From Mobula hypostoma (taxonomy: Eukaryota): a stretch of DNA of 64,000 bases. Under the pieces are notes generated by a model. That model was not told the DNA's origin. It saw nothing but the letters and a program-made list of their open reading frames with translations, and searched no databases. The translations under genes were made by a program, and so were the position numbers. Positions 49,669-63,329 of the stretch are shown in pieces. Position 1 is the first letter of the stretch. Each line of letters starts with the position of its first letter. The DNA is taken from the NCBI RefSeq assembly GCF_963921235.1, contig NC_086097.1, positions 9,300,001-9,364,000 on the forward strand, given 5' to 3'.

Positions 49669-51053
49669 CATGCCTGAATGACTATCGACCTGAGGCTCTG
49701 ACACCGATTGCTACGAAGTGCTTCGAGCGATTGGCTATGGCACACATCAACCACAGCCTACTGGTCAACCTCGACGCTTTGCAATTCGCCTACCTGAGCA
49801 ACAGGTCAACGGCAGATGCCATCTCTCTGGCCCAACATTGCTCCATAGAACACCTGGAGAATAAAGACGCTTATGTAAGGCTCCTTTTCATTGACGACAG
49901 CTCTGCATTTAATACGACCATTCCAAATAAACTGATTCCTAAGCTCCGGAACCTGGGCCTTAGCACTCAGATCTGCAGTTGGATCTTCAATTTCCTCACA
50001 GACAGGATTCAGGCTGTAAAAATGGGGGACAAGTTCTCCTCTACAATCACTCTGAGCACCGGTGCCCCACAAGGCTGTGTACTCAGCCCCCTGCTGTACT
50101 CACTGTACACCCATGATTGTGTAGCCAAGTTTCCATTGAACTCAATATATAAGTTTGCTGATGACACAACAATTGTAGGCCATATCTCAGGTAATGATGA
50201 GTTTGAGTACGGAGAGGAAATTAAGAACCTGGTGGCATGGTGCAAAGACAATAACCTATCCCTCAACGTCAGCAAGATGAAGGAATTAGTTGTTGACTTC
50301 AGAAGGAGTAGTGGACCGCACGACCCAATTTATATTTGTGGAACGCAAGTGGAATAGGTCAAAAGCTTTAAGTTCCTCGGGGTTAATATCACAAATGACT
50401 TGACTTGGTCCAACCAAGCAGAGTTCACTGTCAAGAAGGCCCACCAGCGCCTTTACTTCCTGAGAAAACTAAAGAAATTTGGCCTGTCCCCTGAAACCCT
50501 CACTAATTTTTATAGATGCACCGTAGAAAGCATTCTTCTAGGGTGCACCACAACCTGGTATGGAAGTTGTCCTGTCCAAGACCGGAAGAAGCTGCAGAAG
50601 ATCGTGAACATGGCGCAGCACATCACAAAAAACCAAACTTCCGTCCGTGGACTCACTTTACACGGCACGCTGTCGGAGCAGTGCTGTCCGGATAATCAAG
50701 GACACGACCCACCCAGCCAACACACTCTTCGTCCCTCTTCCCTCCGAGAGAAGGCTCAGGAGCTTGAAGACTCATACGGCCAGATTTGGGAACAGCTTCT
50801 TTCCAACTGTGATAAGACTGCTGAACGGATCCTGACCCGGATCTGGGCCGTACCCTCCAAATATCCGGACCTGCATCTTGGTTTATTTGCACTACCTTAC
50901 TTTCCATTTTTTCCTATTTTCTATTTATGATTTATCATTTAAATTTTTAATATTTACTATCGATTTGTAATCCAGGGAGCGGGAAGCGCAGAATCAAATA
51001 TCGCTATGATGATTGTATGTTCTAGTATCAATTGTTTGGCGACGGTAAAGTAT
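49669..51053 (+). mobile_element. Rex1/Babar-clade LINE, 5'-truncated, near-intact RT
   Basis: [56 protein letters not shown]. One stop at 50355 and one frameshift near 50630. Confidence 0.9.
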
Positions 51054-51574
51054 TGTCGCATCACCCAGCAATGCCCTTATTTAACCCGAGCCTAATTACA
51101 GTTATACTCTGGACGTTCAGCTCTTACCTGTGACTCCAAATAGCTGCTTGCTTGTGACGCAGCCACATCATGGTCCACCACTTTGCAAGATGGGCTAAAC
51201 CAGGAGAGGTTAGCCAGCAGCGTCATACCCTGTTGAGACAGCATGCCCTAGCCTGCAATGTCAACTCCAACAGACTGGGTTTATGGGATTCCACACTGAA
51301 ATCCAACCAGCAGGAAGGTGATTCTGTCTCACTCTATGGAGACTGAAGGGCATGACAAGGCTCAGAAGATGTCATGGTCCTCTGCTGCGCCAAGGAAGAA
51401 CCCAGATGGTGATGCTTGTTTGTACTACTGGACCCTGAATTCTAAAGTCAAGAGAGTGGAACTGCCCCAGTGTATTGGCTTTTCCACTTTAAAAACTCTG
51501 CCACACAGGTTTCCTGTCATCTTTGATCACAACAGACAACCACCCCAATCACAAGACAATTTACAATGACCATT

Positions 51575-51825
51575 TACGGACAGAGGAGATGTTTAGGGAT
51601 AAGTTTTTTACACAGAGGGTGGTGATTGCATGGAATGGGCTGTCAGTGATGGTGGTGCAGATGGAATCGATAGGAGGTTTTAAGAGACTCCTGGATAGGT
51701 ACACGGAGCTTGGAAAAATAAGGGCTATGGGTAACCCTAGGTAATTTCTAAAGTAAATGTTCGGCACAGCATCGTGGGCCGAAAGGCTTGTATTGTGCTG
51801 TAGGTTTTCTACGTTCCCATGTTTC
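51575..51825 (+). mobile_element. CR1 3' end
   Basis: FFTQRVVIAWNGL...FKRLLDRY. Closely related to the minus-strand copy at 56025-56260. Confidence 0.8.
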
Positions 51826-53137
51826 TAATTAACCTAATAACCAGGATGTCTTTTGATCTTTAAATGTTTTGCATTAACTTGAGACAAAGAGCTGAGTGTT
51901 TAAATCATTTCCAACTGTACTGCATCTTACAGGGCACCTCGGTAGGATAGCAGTTGGTGTGACGCTACTACTGCTTGGACCATTCCAGAGTTTGGAGTTC
52001 AATTCTGGCATCCTCTTAGGAATCTGTATGTCCTCCCCGTGGAATGCATGGGTTTTCCCCAGGTGCTTTGGTTTATTCCCACATTCCAGACAGACTAGTT
52101 AATTGGTCGTTGTAAATTGTCCTGTGACTAGTTTAGGGCTAATCATGGTTGTGCATTTGCTGGGCTGGTATGGCTTGAAGGTCTGGAAGGGCCTACTCCA
52201 CACTTTATCACTAAATAAATATAATGCAGGCATTGTTGATATTTCATAGACACTAGATTACATAGTGATTGGAAGAAATGACCAGTGTAATGTTGAATTT
52301 GACCGACATTTTACAAGTAATGTTTTAAGTCATATAGCTATTGGAGAACCAGTTACATATTTAGAAAAGTTCAATTATAGATTTCTTGCAGCCAGCACAC
52401 AAGTTAATTAAAATTTAAATTATATTGCATCTCATTATCAAGAACTTAATCTTTTCTGCCGAAAAGTATCATAATTAAAGGTTACAGCATAATTCCAATA
52501 AAATGAATAATTTAAAAAAACAGAGAGACTTACTTTCATCTATGTTTTGCCTGAGACAGTGAATGTGTGAAGAGAGGCCACAACGTAGCAATAGAATTTT
52601 CTTTCATGTTTAGCACTCTGATTCCAAGACCTTACTGAAGTGGTTGCATAGTAATGAACAAAAGAGACATGTGGTCCTTATGGTCGATGTTGTCGGAGGA
52701 TGGTGCCAGAGTCCTGGATCTTGGGCAAGGTTTAATAGACACGGTTTGTAGTTTGAACTCCGTCATTGACGTTATGATGTGTTTCTGGTTTCTGGTCACT
52801 CCTTTTCTTGTTGCTATTATTTATGATGGGGGTAGATTGGCTCCTGCGGCCTGCAGATAACGAACACACAGCACGAGATTAGGCTGTACTGAGTTGGACT
52901 GAATATGCCTGGACCCTTTCGATAATTCTGTAGTTTGGGTTTTACATGCTGTGTTTTTTGCTCATTTATTTTTGCTGGTTGCATGATTTGTTCTTTTTTT
53001 TTGCATGTTGGGGTGTTTGATGTTTTTCTTTGAATGAGTTCCATGGTGTTTGTTTGTTTTGTGGCTGTCTGTGGGAGACAAATCTCCAGGTTGCGTACTG
53101 CATACATACTTTGATAATAAATGTACTTTGAAATTTT

Positions 53138-53930
53138 GACAATAGACAATAGACAATAGGTGCAGGAGTATGCCATTTGGCCCTTCGAACCAGCACCGCC
53201 ATTCACTGTGATCATGGCTGATCATCCACAATCAGTATCTAGTTCCTGCCTTATCCCCATGACCTTTGATTCCGCTATCTTTAAGAGTTCTATCCATCTC
53301 TTTCTTGAAAGCATCTGGAGACTTGGCCTCCATAACCTTCTTGGGCAGAGCATTCACCACTCTCCGTTTTCTCTCTTCCTCCCTTCTTGAAGAGAGGGAC
53401 AACATTAGCCACCCTCCAATCCACAGGAACTGATCCTGAATCTATAGAACATTGGAAAATGATTACCAATGTGTCCACGATTTCTAAAGCCACCTCCTTA
53501 AGTACCCTGGGATGCAGACCATCAGGTCCCGGGGACTTATCAGCCTTCAGACCCAACAGTCTATCCAACACCATTTCCTGCCTAATATAAATTTCCTTCA
53601 GTTCATCCATTATCCTAGGTACTTTGGCCACTATTATATCTGAGAGATTGTTTGTGTCTTCCCTAGTGAAGACAGATCCAAAGTACCTGTTCAACTCATC
53701 TGCTATTTCTTTGTTCCCCATAATAAATTCACCCGTTTCTGTCTTCAAGGGCCCAATTTTGGTCTTAACTATTTTTTTCCTTTTCACATACCTAAAGAAA
53801 CTTTTGCTATCCTCCTTTAAATTCTTGGCTAACTTACCTTCGTACCTCATTTTTCCTCCACGTATTGCCTTTTTAGTTACCTTCTGTTGCTCTTTAAAAG
53901 TTTCCCAATCCTCCGGCTTCCCACTCGTCT
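53138..53930 (-). mobile_element. CR1 LINE with large internal deletion
   Basis: (GACAATA)n tail at 53138-53160. ORF 53290-53850: KSPGPDGLHPRVLKE...VPVDWRVANVVPLFKKG, fused at ~53360 directly to the 3' end. Confidence 0.88.
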
Positions 53931-56024
53931 TGACGTCTTGTTGAAGGTCAACTGTGCAATCCCCTCAATGTAAAAGATAGAAATGGAGACAGTAGGTGAG
54001 GACTAGAAATCCGACCTCAGTCATAGGGCAATATTCACTTTAAAACAAAGATTGCATCTTGTACTCTGCTTACAAACTGCCACTGTACTGCACTGCACTG
54101 AATGTCTAGTGTTGCTGATCAACGATCGTTTTCCTTGCCTTGATCTCATCATTCACCTGCTGACTTATCAGTTCAAAAAACAATATTTGTGATTTTCTTT
54201 GAAATGAAAATCTTTAATGAGATATGGATTACAGTTGTGTGCAGTTAGAACATAGAACACCAGTACAGCACAGGAACAAGCCCTTCAGCCCATAATGTTG
54301 TGACAAACCAATTAAGTTAATAATCAAATTGCTAACTAAACTAATCTCTTCTGTCCACCCAATGTCCATATCAAAGCATATATATTAACAAACAATGTAT
54401 AAATTATATGCCTTGAAATTTGTCTGCTTATAGGCAGCCACAAAGCAAGAAACTCGGTAACCCAATTTTTAAAAAAAGACCAAAAACCACTGCACGGAGA
54501 AAGAGAGAGGGAAAAAAACACATTGTGCAAAGAATAGAAGCAAGCCAACAGAATCCCAAATCAGACTGCGTCCCAGGTCCGCTCCTGGAGTAGCCAGCGT
54601 AGACCCAAACCAAGCCTCAGTCCCCAGTTTTTACACCAGCGGGGCAGAAGTGCATAGTGGCCAGTTCAGTTCATAGCCTTGGTGCCATGGAGAAAGTAAC
54701 GAACAATTGTGGGAGAGTGAGTGAAATCAGCCCGGCTCCCACCTCTATACCCCACACTCAGGCTTCCAGTCTATCTGTTCCGGCATTTAAATTGTCCGTG
54801 CACCGAGTAGTGCCACATCTAAGACCCGGATCTCGGTGTCCTGATACACTTGGGTCGCCCTGCCGGAAGCTGTTATCGATCTCACCAACTCAGCTCAGAG
54901 CTTGGAGTGACCCAATCTCACACTCACTCGAGTGCGGACGGGCATCAAAACTCTTTGCATCGTCTCATCTCCAAACCACTCAGTCCATATCCGATAGTGA
55001 TACCAGGTCTGTCCACAAACCCAACGGCTTGAACAAGTTTCGCATCCAGCCCCTGCTCATCCCCCAAACCAGTCTTGCCTCCTCCTGCATCTTCACTGTC
55101 TGTGGTGACAGTTCATCACAATTTGCTTCACGAAAGATGTTATAAGTAATGTTTTTAATCGATTCTCCTGCCTTATGATTTACCAGTAAGTTGCCACATA
55201 TCTTTGACAGCATCATCTTAAACTGGACATATTCTCCCATTTTCCACGCATTCATCTGCCTATTTAAACATCTTTTAAACCTACTGCTTCTGCCTCTACC
55301 AACATTCATCCCCGGGAAGAAGATTCCGTCTGTCTACTCTGTCTATGCCTCTCATAATATTTAACATCTATCAGATCTTCCCTCAGCCTCCACTGTCTCC
55401 AGAGAAAACAACAACGGTTAGTCATTATGAAGGCATAATGATTGCAAATATTGCAGAATTGCTCAGACACAAGTAAATGGGAGCAGGGGAAGGCTGCCTG
55501 GCTCTCCGAGACTGCCCTGCCAATCAGTACGATGCTGCCTGACCTGTACTGTCCTCAGTCCATGGAAAGCGACACAATACGTGCCTCACAGAAACTGATT
55601 TTAAGCCTAACAGCGTTTGTAGCAGTTTTAGATCTTCCCCTGGCAGTTAATCTGATTAACCATTCTAATTGGTACCCCACTCCCATCTCCTTCTATCTAT
55701 TACCTCAGTCACTGTCGTCCACCGTAGTTACTTTTATAATGCTGGTTATGTTGTAAGTACATGCTGATATTTATCTATTTTTGCACAGTCCAAAGACCTA
55801 ACGGTTGGTTAATTGCTCACTGTCAATTGTCCCACGATTAGGCTAGGACTAAATTGAGGGATGGCTGGGCAGCACAGTTCACGACTGAATTTCAATAAGG
55901 AAGAACTTAAAAAAAGTAACTGCTATGCTACCGTGACATTTATTTTTATATAATTCTTTATCTTCATAAATGTTGAATGTTGTTCTTTGTGTTGTGTGTT
56001 GTGTAAACACACCACAGCAAATTC

Positions 56025-56575
56025 ATAGAAACATAGAAAACCTAAAGCACAATACAGGCCGTTTGGCCCACAATGCTGTGCCGAACATGTCCTTACCTTA
56101 GAAATTACCTAGCGTTACCCATAGCCCTCTATTTTTCTGAGCTCCGTGTACCTATCCAGGAATCTCTTAAAAGACCCTATCATATCCGCCTCCACCACCG
56201 TCGCTGGCAGCCCATTCCACGCACTCACCACTCTCTGCATAAAAAAACTTACCCCTGACATCTCCTTTGTACCTACTTCCAAGCACCTTAAAACTTTGTC
56301 CTCTTGTGCTAGTCCTTTCAACCTTGAGAAGAAGCCTCTGACTATCCACACGATCAATACCCCTCATCTTCTTGTACACCTCTTTATCAGGTCACCTCTC
56401 ATCCTCCGTCACTCCAAAGACAAAAAGGCTGAGTTCACTCAACCTATTCTCAAAAGGCACGCTCGCCAAACCAGGCAGTAAATCTCCTTGTAAATCTCCT
56501 CCTTGTAAATCTCCTCTGCACCCTTCCACATCCTTTCTGTAGTGAGGCAACCAGAACTGAGCAGAGTACTCCAAG
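56025..56575 (-). mobile_element. CR1 3' fragment
   Basis: LEYSAQFWLPHYRKDV, FFMQRVVSAWNGLP, and a CATAGAAA tail. Confidence 0.85.
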
Positions 56576-56839
56576 AACTCCAAATTCCTAATACATGTAA
56601 ATGTATATAGTAAATAAAGTTGATCATTGGTCTGAAATTTTACTCCCCTATAAAAGTTAATACTTTATACACCCCTATAAGGCAAATATGCTCTATTAAG
56701 TATATTTCCTCAATGTCATGCCGAGGTTTTATCATTTGGATGCGAACAACATCTTGGCAAAGATGGTTTGTGAAATTCTGTCAGATATTAAATCATCATG
56801 ATTGATATTAGATTTCTTTGGTTCCTTAAGTTTGTCGTA

Positions 56840-57350
56840 ACTGGCGATGATAATGGGGACAAACTCCCACTACCTATTAAATGCTCCCAATGCTGGGCAT
56901 CAAGTCGCCTCTGAGAAACCAGGTCTAGCTCCTGGCCTTTACATGTGGCTTACCTACTAAGCCTAGTAGTACAGTTTCTACTGTCAGGAGAAGGGACAAG
57001 GGCAGGTTACTGGCCCCTTAAAGCCAGTCGCTTCAGGCAGATGGGCTCATCAGCCACCGCAGGACATTTAGGAGAAGGAAAACTCTGATCTCAAATTTCT
57101 GCTGCTTTGCGAGTCCCTAAGGCAAGTCCTACTTTAAGTTCAATGCTGACTGGTAGCTCCTGTAATGCTGCTTGTACCAGACTGTATCGGTCTCTGCTGT
57201 TCCACTAGGTTCATCAGATGTGTAGAGACGGGGAGCTTATTACATGGGCAACAACTTGCTCTCCATATCGTACTGCCCAGGCTTGCGTTTCTAGACAGCC
57301 AGGATGCAGCATCCATGTTTGATCCTGACTGATGGAGACCTCACTCATTC
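56840..57350 (+). mobile_element. Putative RTE-related non-autonomous element or 5' UTR
   Basis: Contains GGAGAAGGAAAACTCTGATCTCAAA, which resembles RTE 5' UTR motifs from recollection. No ORF. Confidence 0.35.
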
Positions 57351-58174
57351 AGGAGATTTTATCTTTGGCTGATTGTGTATGGGTTTCTTAAACTCATAAG
57401 TCCTCTCAGTTTGTCCTTCCATAAGTGCCATGTTGTCTGTTGTAGGTGATTATGTTCTTTCCAAAGCCGTGATTGTTCTTGGCAATTTTTCTGCAAAAGT
57501 GATTTGCCATTGCCACCTTATGAGTAGTGTCTGTACAAGATGAGTGATCCGAGCCATTATCAGTGCTCTTCAGAGATTGTCTATCTGGTGTCAGTGGTCA
57601 CGCAACCAGGACTTGTGATATGCACCAGCCATCATATGACCATCCATGGCTTCACAGGACCATGATCGGGGGCTAAGCAGGTGCCACACCTTGCCCAAGA
57701 GTCACCTACAGGCTAGTGGCGGGTAGGAGCGCCTTACACCCCCTTTGGTAGAGACGTTTCTCTACGGTGCCTCTCTGTACACTCAAGATAAGAGCTCAAT
57801 ACCATTGAATAGGGGTATAGATTTGACCAGGAAGTTAATTAAGCAGTTCACTGATTTCACAGCTGCTTTCTTGAATGATTCAAAGAAACATTTTTGTTCA
57901 TAGAATGTGCACTTGGAAGTCATTGAAACTCTGTTGTAAGTAAAGAAGTTAAGCTTCTAAACTTGGCATTTCAGGTTTCTAAACCTTGAAGCTGACCTCA
58001 TGTGAGCTGCTGTTTCCTATTCTGTAAGGCAGTATCATCAAGAGTGTTTTTGACTCAAGAGCAGTACAGCAAACAACGGCAGAAAGTTGTTCATAATTTC
58101 AGAGGAGTGAAGGTGCGGAGCAGGTTGACATTTGGGGGGATGGGAAAGCAGATGATTCGGGTAATCAGATTACT

Positions 58175-58732
58175 GGTGAGGCCTCACTTGGAGTATTGTG
58201 AACTGTTTTGTTCTCCCTATCTAAGAAAGTATGTTCTGACATTGGAGAAGGTTCAAAGGAGGTTCACAAAAATGATTCTAGGATCGAAAGGGTTGTTATA
58301 TGATCAGTGATAGCTCTGAGCTTCTGCTCACTGGATTTCAGGAAAATGAAAGATGAGGATTGACCTCATTAAAACCTGTCAAATGTTGAAAGGCCTAGTT
58401 AGAGTGGATGTGGAGGGGCTTTTCCTATGGTGGGAGAGGCTAAGACCAGTGGACAAAGCCTCAGAATAGAGGGGCATCCTTTTAAAGCAAAGATGAGGAG
58501 GAATTTCTATAGTCAGAGAGCGGTGAATCTGTGGAATTCTTTGCCACAGGTGGCTGTGGAAGCCAAGTCATTCGATATATTTAAGACAGAGGTTGATAGG
58601 TTCTTGATTAGTCATGGGCATGAAAATTATGGGAAGAAATCAGGAGAGGAAAATGGATCAGTGATGATGAAATGGAGGAGCAGACTTGTTGGGCCAAATG
58701 GCCTAACTCTGCTCCTATATCTTATGGTCTTT
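58175..58732 (+). mobile_element. CR1 3' fragment
   Basis: LVRPHLEYC...LEKVQRRFTKMI, RRNFYSQRAVNLWNSLP, and a TCTTATGG tail. Confidence 0.85.
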
Positions 58733-58742
58733 TACTGAGGAG

Positions 58743-59147
58743 GTACTGTATCCAGAGAGTGGAGCGCCATGGGAGGGGTGCTGGATAGGTGGCAGAGAAG
58801 GAGTGTGGCTTGGTGGGGACGGTACAGACATGCCCAGCCCCGAGACACCAGGCAAAGTCATTTGATTTTAAACAACTACTTTTATTGATCATTACAGAAA
58901 GTATCTCCAGTGGTTCCCATTCTCTCGCCTCTCCCTTCCCCTTTACCCACCCAAGATTCCCCCCTCCCTGACCCCTTCCCACTCTCAATCTACAATAGAG
59001 ACCCATATCAGAATCATGTTTATCATCACTCACATATGTCATGAAATTTTGTTTTTGTGTGGTAGCAGTACAGTGCAATACATAAAATTGCTACAGTACT
59101 GCCTAAAGTCTTAGACACTATGTACCCTAGTCTTTTGCATAGTACTG
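58743..59147. mobile_element. Hairpin-bounded Tc1-type non-autonomous element, partial
   Basis: Core homologous to 33280-33640. Terminal hairpin at 59094-59147 followed by TA. Confidence 0.65.
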
Positions 59148-59466
59148 TAGCTAAGTTGAGATCTGCCCTTGGGTGCTGACTGTGAAGGGTGAGGAGCGGG
59201 GGGGAGAAGGTCAATGTTGTTCCTGTGATCACTTGGTTTTCAGTCAATTTCTTACCACTTTAACAAGCTAATTGATCACTTTAATCTCTTCCTAGTGTGT
59301 GGGTTTGTTGTAGAATATGGACAGCTGGATGGATTGCTGGTGAGCTGAATAAAAGATTGCCTTTTTTCAGAATTAATGCAAAACAACTGAATCAGAAATA
59401 AATAGTGCAAAAGCCAACTAATAGACCATTCAGGGATCTCAAGATGAAGGGGGAGAAGCTGTTCTT

Positions 59467-60515
59467 AAGTCAAGTCAAGTCACTTTTTATTGTCATTTCG
59501 ACCATAACTGCTGGTACAGTACACAGTAAGAATGAGACAACGTTTTTCAGGACCATGGTGCTACAGGAAATAATACAAAAACTACACTGAACTAGTAAAA
59601 AAACAACACAAAACTACACTAAACTACAGACCTACCCAGGACTGCATAAAGTGCACAAAACAGTGCAGGCATTACAATAAATAATAAACAAGACAATAGG
59701 CACAGTAGAGGGCAGTAGGTTGGTGTTAGTCCAGGCTCTGGATATTGAGGAGTCTAATGACTTGTGGGAAGAAACTATTACATAGTCTGGTTGTGAGAGC
59801 CCAAATACTTCGGTGACTTTTGCCAGATGGCAGGAGGGAGAAGAGTCTGTATGAGGGGTGCGTGTGGTCCTTCATAATGCTGTTTGCTTTACAGATGCAG
59901 TGTGTGGTGTAAATGTCTGTAATGGTGGGAAGAAAGACCCCGATGATCTTCTCAGCTGACCTCACTATCCACTGCAGGGTCTTGCGATCCGAGATGGTGC
60001 AATTTCTGAACCAGGCAGTGATGCAACTGCTCAGGATGCTCTCAATACAACCTCTGTAGAATGTGGTGAGGATGGTGGGGTGGGAGATGGAATTTCCTCA
60101 GACTTCGCAGAAAGTAGAGACATGGCTGGTCTTTCTTTGCTATGGAGCTGGTGTTAAGGGACCAGGTGAGATTCTCCACCAGGTTAACACCAAGAAATTT
60201 GTTGCTCTTAACGATCTTTACGGAGGAGTCCTCAATGTTCAGCGGAGAGTAGTCATTCTGTGTCCTCCTGAAGTCAACAACCATCTCTTTTGTTTTGTTT
60301 ACATTCAGAGACAGGTTGTTGGTTCTGCACCAGTCCGTTAGCCGCTGCAACTCCTCTCTGTATGCTGACTCATCCTTCTTGCCGATGAGACCCACCATGG
60401 TGGTGTCATCAGCGAACTTGATGATGGGGTTCGAGCTGTGTGTTGCAGCACAGTCGTGGGTCAGCAGAGTGAACAGCAGTGGACTGAGCACATAGACCTG
60501 GGAGGACCCCGTGCT
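59467..60515 (-). mobile_element. Rex1/Babar 3' fragment
   Basis: VLSPLLFTLLTHDC, IKFADDTT, NNLSLNVNKTKEMVVDFRR, and an (AAGTC)n tail at 59467. Confidence 0.88.
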
Positions 60516-61714
60516 TAAAATGTTAAGTATCAGTCTTCTAGCTCTTGAAGTCCTTCCCAATGGTATTAATGTAAATGGAGGGTGTCCTGGATGGTGAGGG
60601 TCTTTAATGATAGCTGTCATCTTCTTGAAGCACCGCCTTTTAAAGCTAGTGTAGTGGTTGGCACAATGTTTTACAGTACAGGCAACCGCAGTTCAATTCC
60701 CACTGGCATCTGTAAGGAGTTTATACATTCTCTCCGTGACCTTGTGGGTTTCATCTGGGTTTTGCATTTTCCTCCCACGGTCCAAAGATCATCCAAAAGT
60801 CCAAAGGTTGGTGGGTTAATTGGTCTTTGCAAATTGTTCTGTTATTGGGCGAGGGTTAACTTGGGGGATTACTGGGCAGCATGGCGCACAGGGCCAGCGA
60901 GGGCCACACTGTATCAAAATAAATAAATATCCATGATGGGGAGGAGGGTTATGCCTATAATGGAACTCAATTGATCTACAACCTTCAGAAGGTTCATGTG
61001 ATCCTGCCCATACCAGACTGCATTGCATACCTCTGTAGAACTTTGCCAGAGTCTTTAGTGATGCACTAAATCACCTCAAACTGCTGATGAAATAGAACCA
61101 CTGTAGTGCCTGCATCATTGTGACGGCCCCAGATAGACCCTCAGAAATGACGATGCCCAGAAACTTGAAGTTGCAACAACACACGCAAAATGGTGCAGGA
61201 ACAGCTGGAATCTCCAACAGTAGAAGTAGAGGGTAAAGCAGTCAGTGGAACACTGGTGCTGGGACCCATACTGGGCTGAAACTGGGAGACCTGGAAATGA
61301 AGCTGGAAGCCTAGTAGCACAAGATGATGGCAGAGAGAAGCTCCAAAGAAGGATGTGTGGCTGTGTTAACGAGTCTGAGTATGCAATGGTCAAAGAGATG
61401 GGCAGCAGCAGAGATCGTAGAGGGCATGTAGTGAGCGAACGTGTTGAAACTGGTCACCTCTTCAAAGTTCAAGGGTAAAAGTAAATTTATTACCAAGGTG
61501 CGTATACCTGTATGTCAGCAGATGTTACTTTGAGATTCATTTTTTGCAGCATTCGAGCTCAAGCCTCAGCCGAGGCAGCGCGTTGTGTCCTTGAGCAAGT
61601 CACTTAACCACACATTGCTCCCGCACGTTTATAGCCCAGCGGCGGCGGTTGGTGCAGTATGGACAAGACAGGACAAGACAAATAAATACAAAGAAACACA
61701 ATAGAATCAATGAA

Positions 61715-63140
61715 AATCTCTCCCTCTCCCAGTGTAGAATGCACTCCTGCTTCAAAACATCCACCATTGTCCCTGTACCTAAAAAGACCAAGGTAACATG
61801 TCTGAATGACTGGTGTCCTGTCACACTCACCTCAATAATAAGCAAATGCTTTGAGAGGTTGGTCAAGGATTACATCTGCAGCACGCTACCACCCACACTG
61901 GACCCCCTACAATTTGCCTACCGAGACAACTGATCGCCAGATGATGCAATAGCCGCAGCTCTACACACCGTCCCTACACACCGTCCCTACACATCAGGAG
62001 AGAAGGGATGCTTATGCGAGAATGCTGTTCTTGGACTATAGTTCTGCATTCAACACCATAATTCCCTCCAGGCTTGACCAGAAGATCAGAGACCTTGGCC
62101 TTCACCCTGCCTTGTGCAGCTGGATCCTGGACTTTGTGTCAGATCACTAGCGGGTGGTAAGAATGGGCTCCCTCACCACTGCCCCTCTGACCCTCAACAC
62201 AGGAGCCCCTCAGGGCTGTGTCTTAAGCCTGCTCCTGTACTGTCTGTACACCCATGATTGTGCCACCACCCACAGCTCCAGTCTGCCAATTAAATCTGTA
62301 GATGATACTAAGATGATACCACATTGATTGACCTTATCTCAAATAATAACAAGGCAGTCTACAGAGAAGCAGTCATCACCTTGACACTTCACCTCTCCCT
62401 CAATGTCGCAAAAACAAAGAAGCTGATTGTGGACTACAGGAGGAACAGAGACAGGCTCACCCCTATTGACATCAGTGGATCTGGGGTTGAGAGTGTGAAG
62501 CTTTAAGTTCCTAGGCATATACATCACCGATGTTCTCATGTGGTTTGTACATATCAGCTGTGTGTTGAAAAAAAGCACAACAGTGCCTTTTTCACCTCAA
62601 ACGGTTGAAGAAGTTTGGTATGGGTCCCCAAATCCTAAGGACTTTCTACAGGGGCACAATTGAGAGAACCCTGACTGGCTGTATGGCTGCCTGCTATGGA
62701 AACTGTACTTCCCTCAATCGCACAACTCCGCAGAGTGGTGCCGACAGCCCAGAGCATCTGTAGACGTGAATTTCCCATGATTCAGGACATTTACAGTGAC
62801 AGGTGTATAAAAAGGGCCTGAAGGATTATCGGGGACCCAAGTCACCCCAAATACAAACCATTCCAGCTGCTACCATCTGGGAAACAATACCGCAGCATTA
62901 AGACCAGGACCAACAGGCTTTGGGACAGCTTCTTCCACCAGGCCAACAGACTGATGAATTCACACTGACACAGTTGTATTTCTAATCTATAATGACTGTT
63001 CTGTTATATATCTTACTGTACATACTATTTATTACAAATTACTATAATTTGCACATTGCACAGACAGAGACGTAACATAAAGATTTTGTTACTCCTCATG
63101 TATGTGCAGGATGTAAGAAATAAAATCAATTCAATTCAAA
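61715..63140 (+). mobile_element. Rex1/Babar LINE, decayed RT to 3' tail
   Basis: CFKTSTIVPVPKK..VTCLND..PV.LTSIISKCFERLV, LDPLQFAY, and a (CAATT)n tail at ~63125-63138. Confidence 0.88.
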
Positions 63141-63329
63141 AACTTCCAACCCCTCAATGGGAAGTGGTGTATCAACTGTCATGATTTCTGGTGGTTGATT
63201 GGTGGTTGATATGGACTTGATTTCCATGCTTTATCTCTTTGAACCTATGGGAAATGTGCAAGATTCACAGGTAGACACCATAATGTTTCTGTCTTTTCTG
63301 ATATCTGTTGCCTCAAGGCTCAGGGATAT

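Noticed and set aside
55442..55756. 104-aa ORF in apparently unique DNA
   Set aside because: Its 5' part resembles a decayed CR1-type tail and it has no recognisable domain or exon boundaries.
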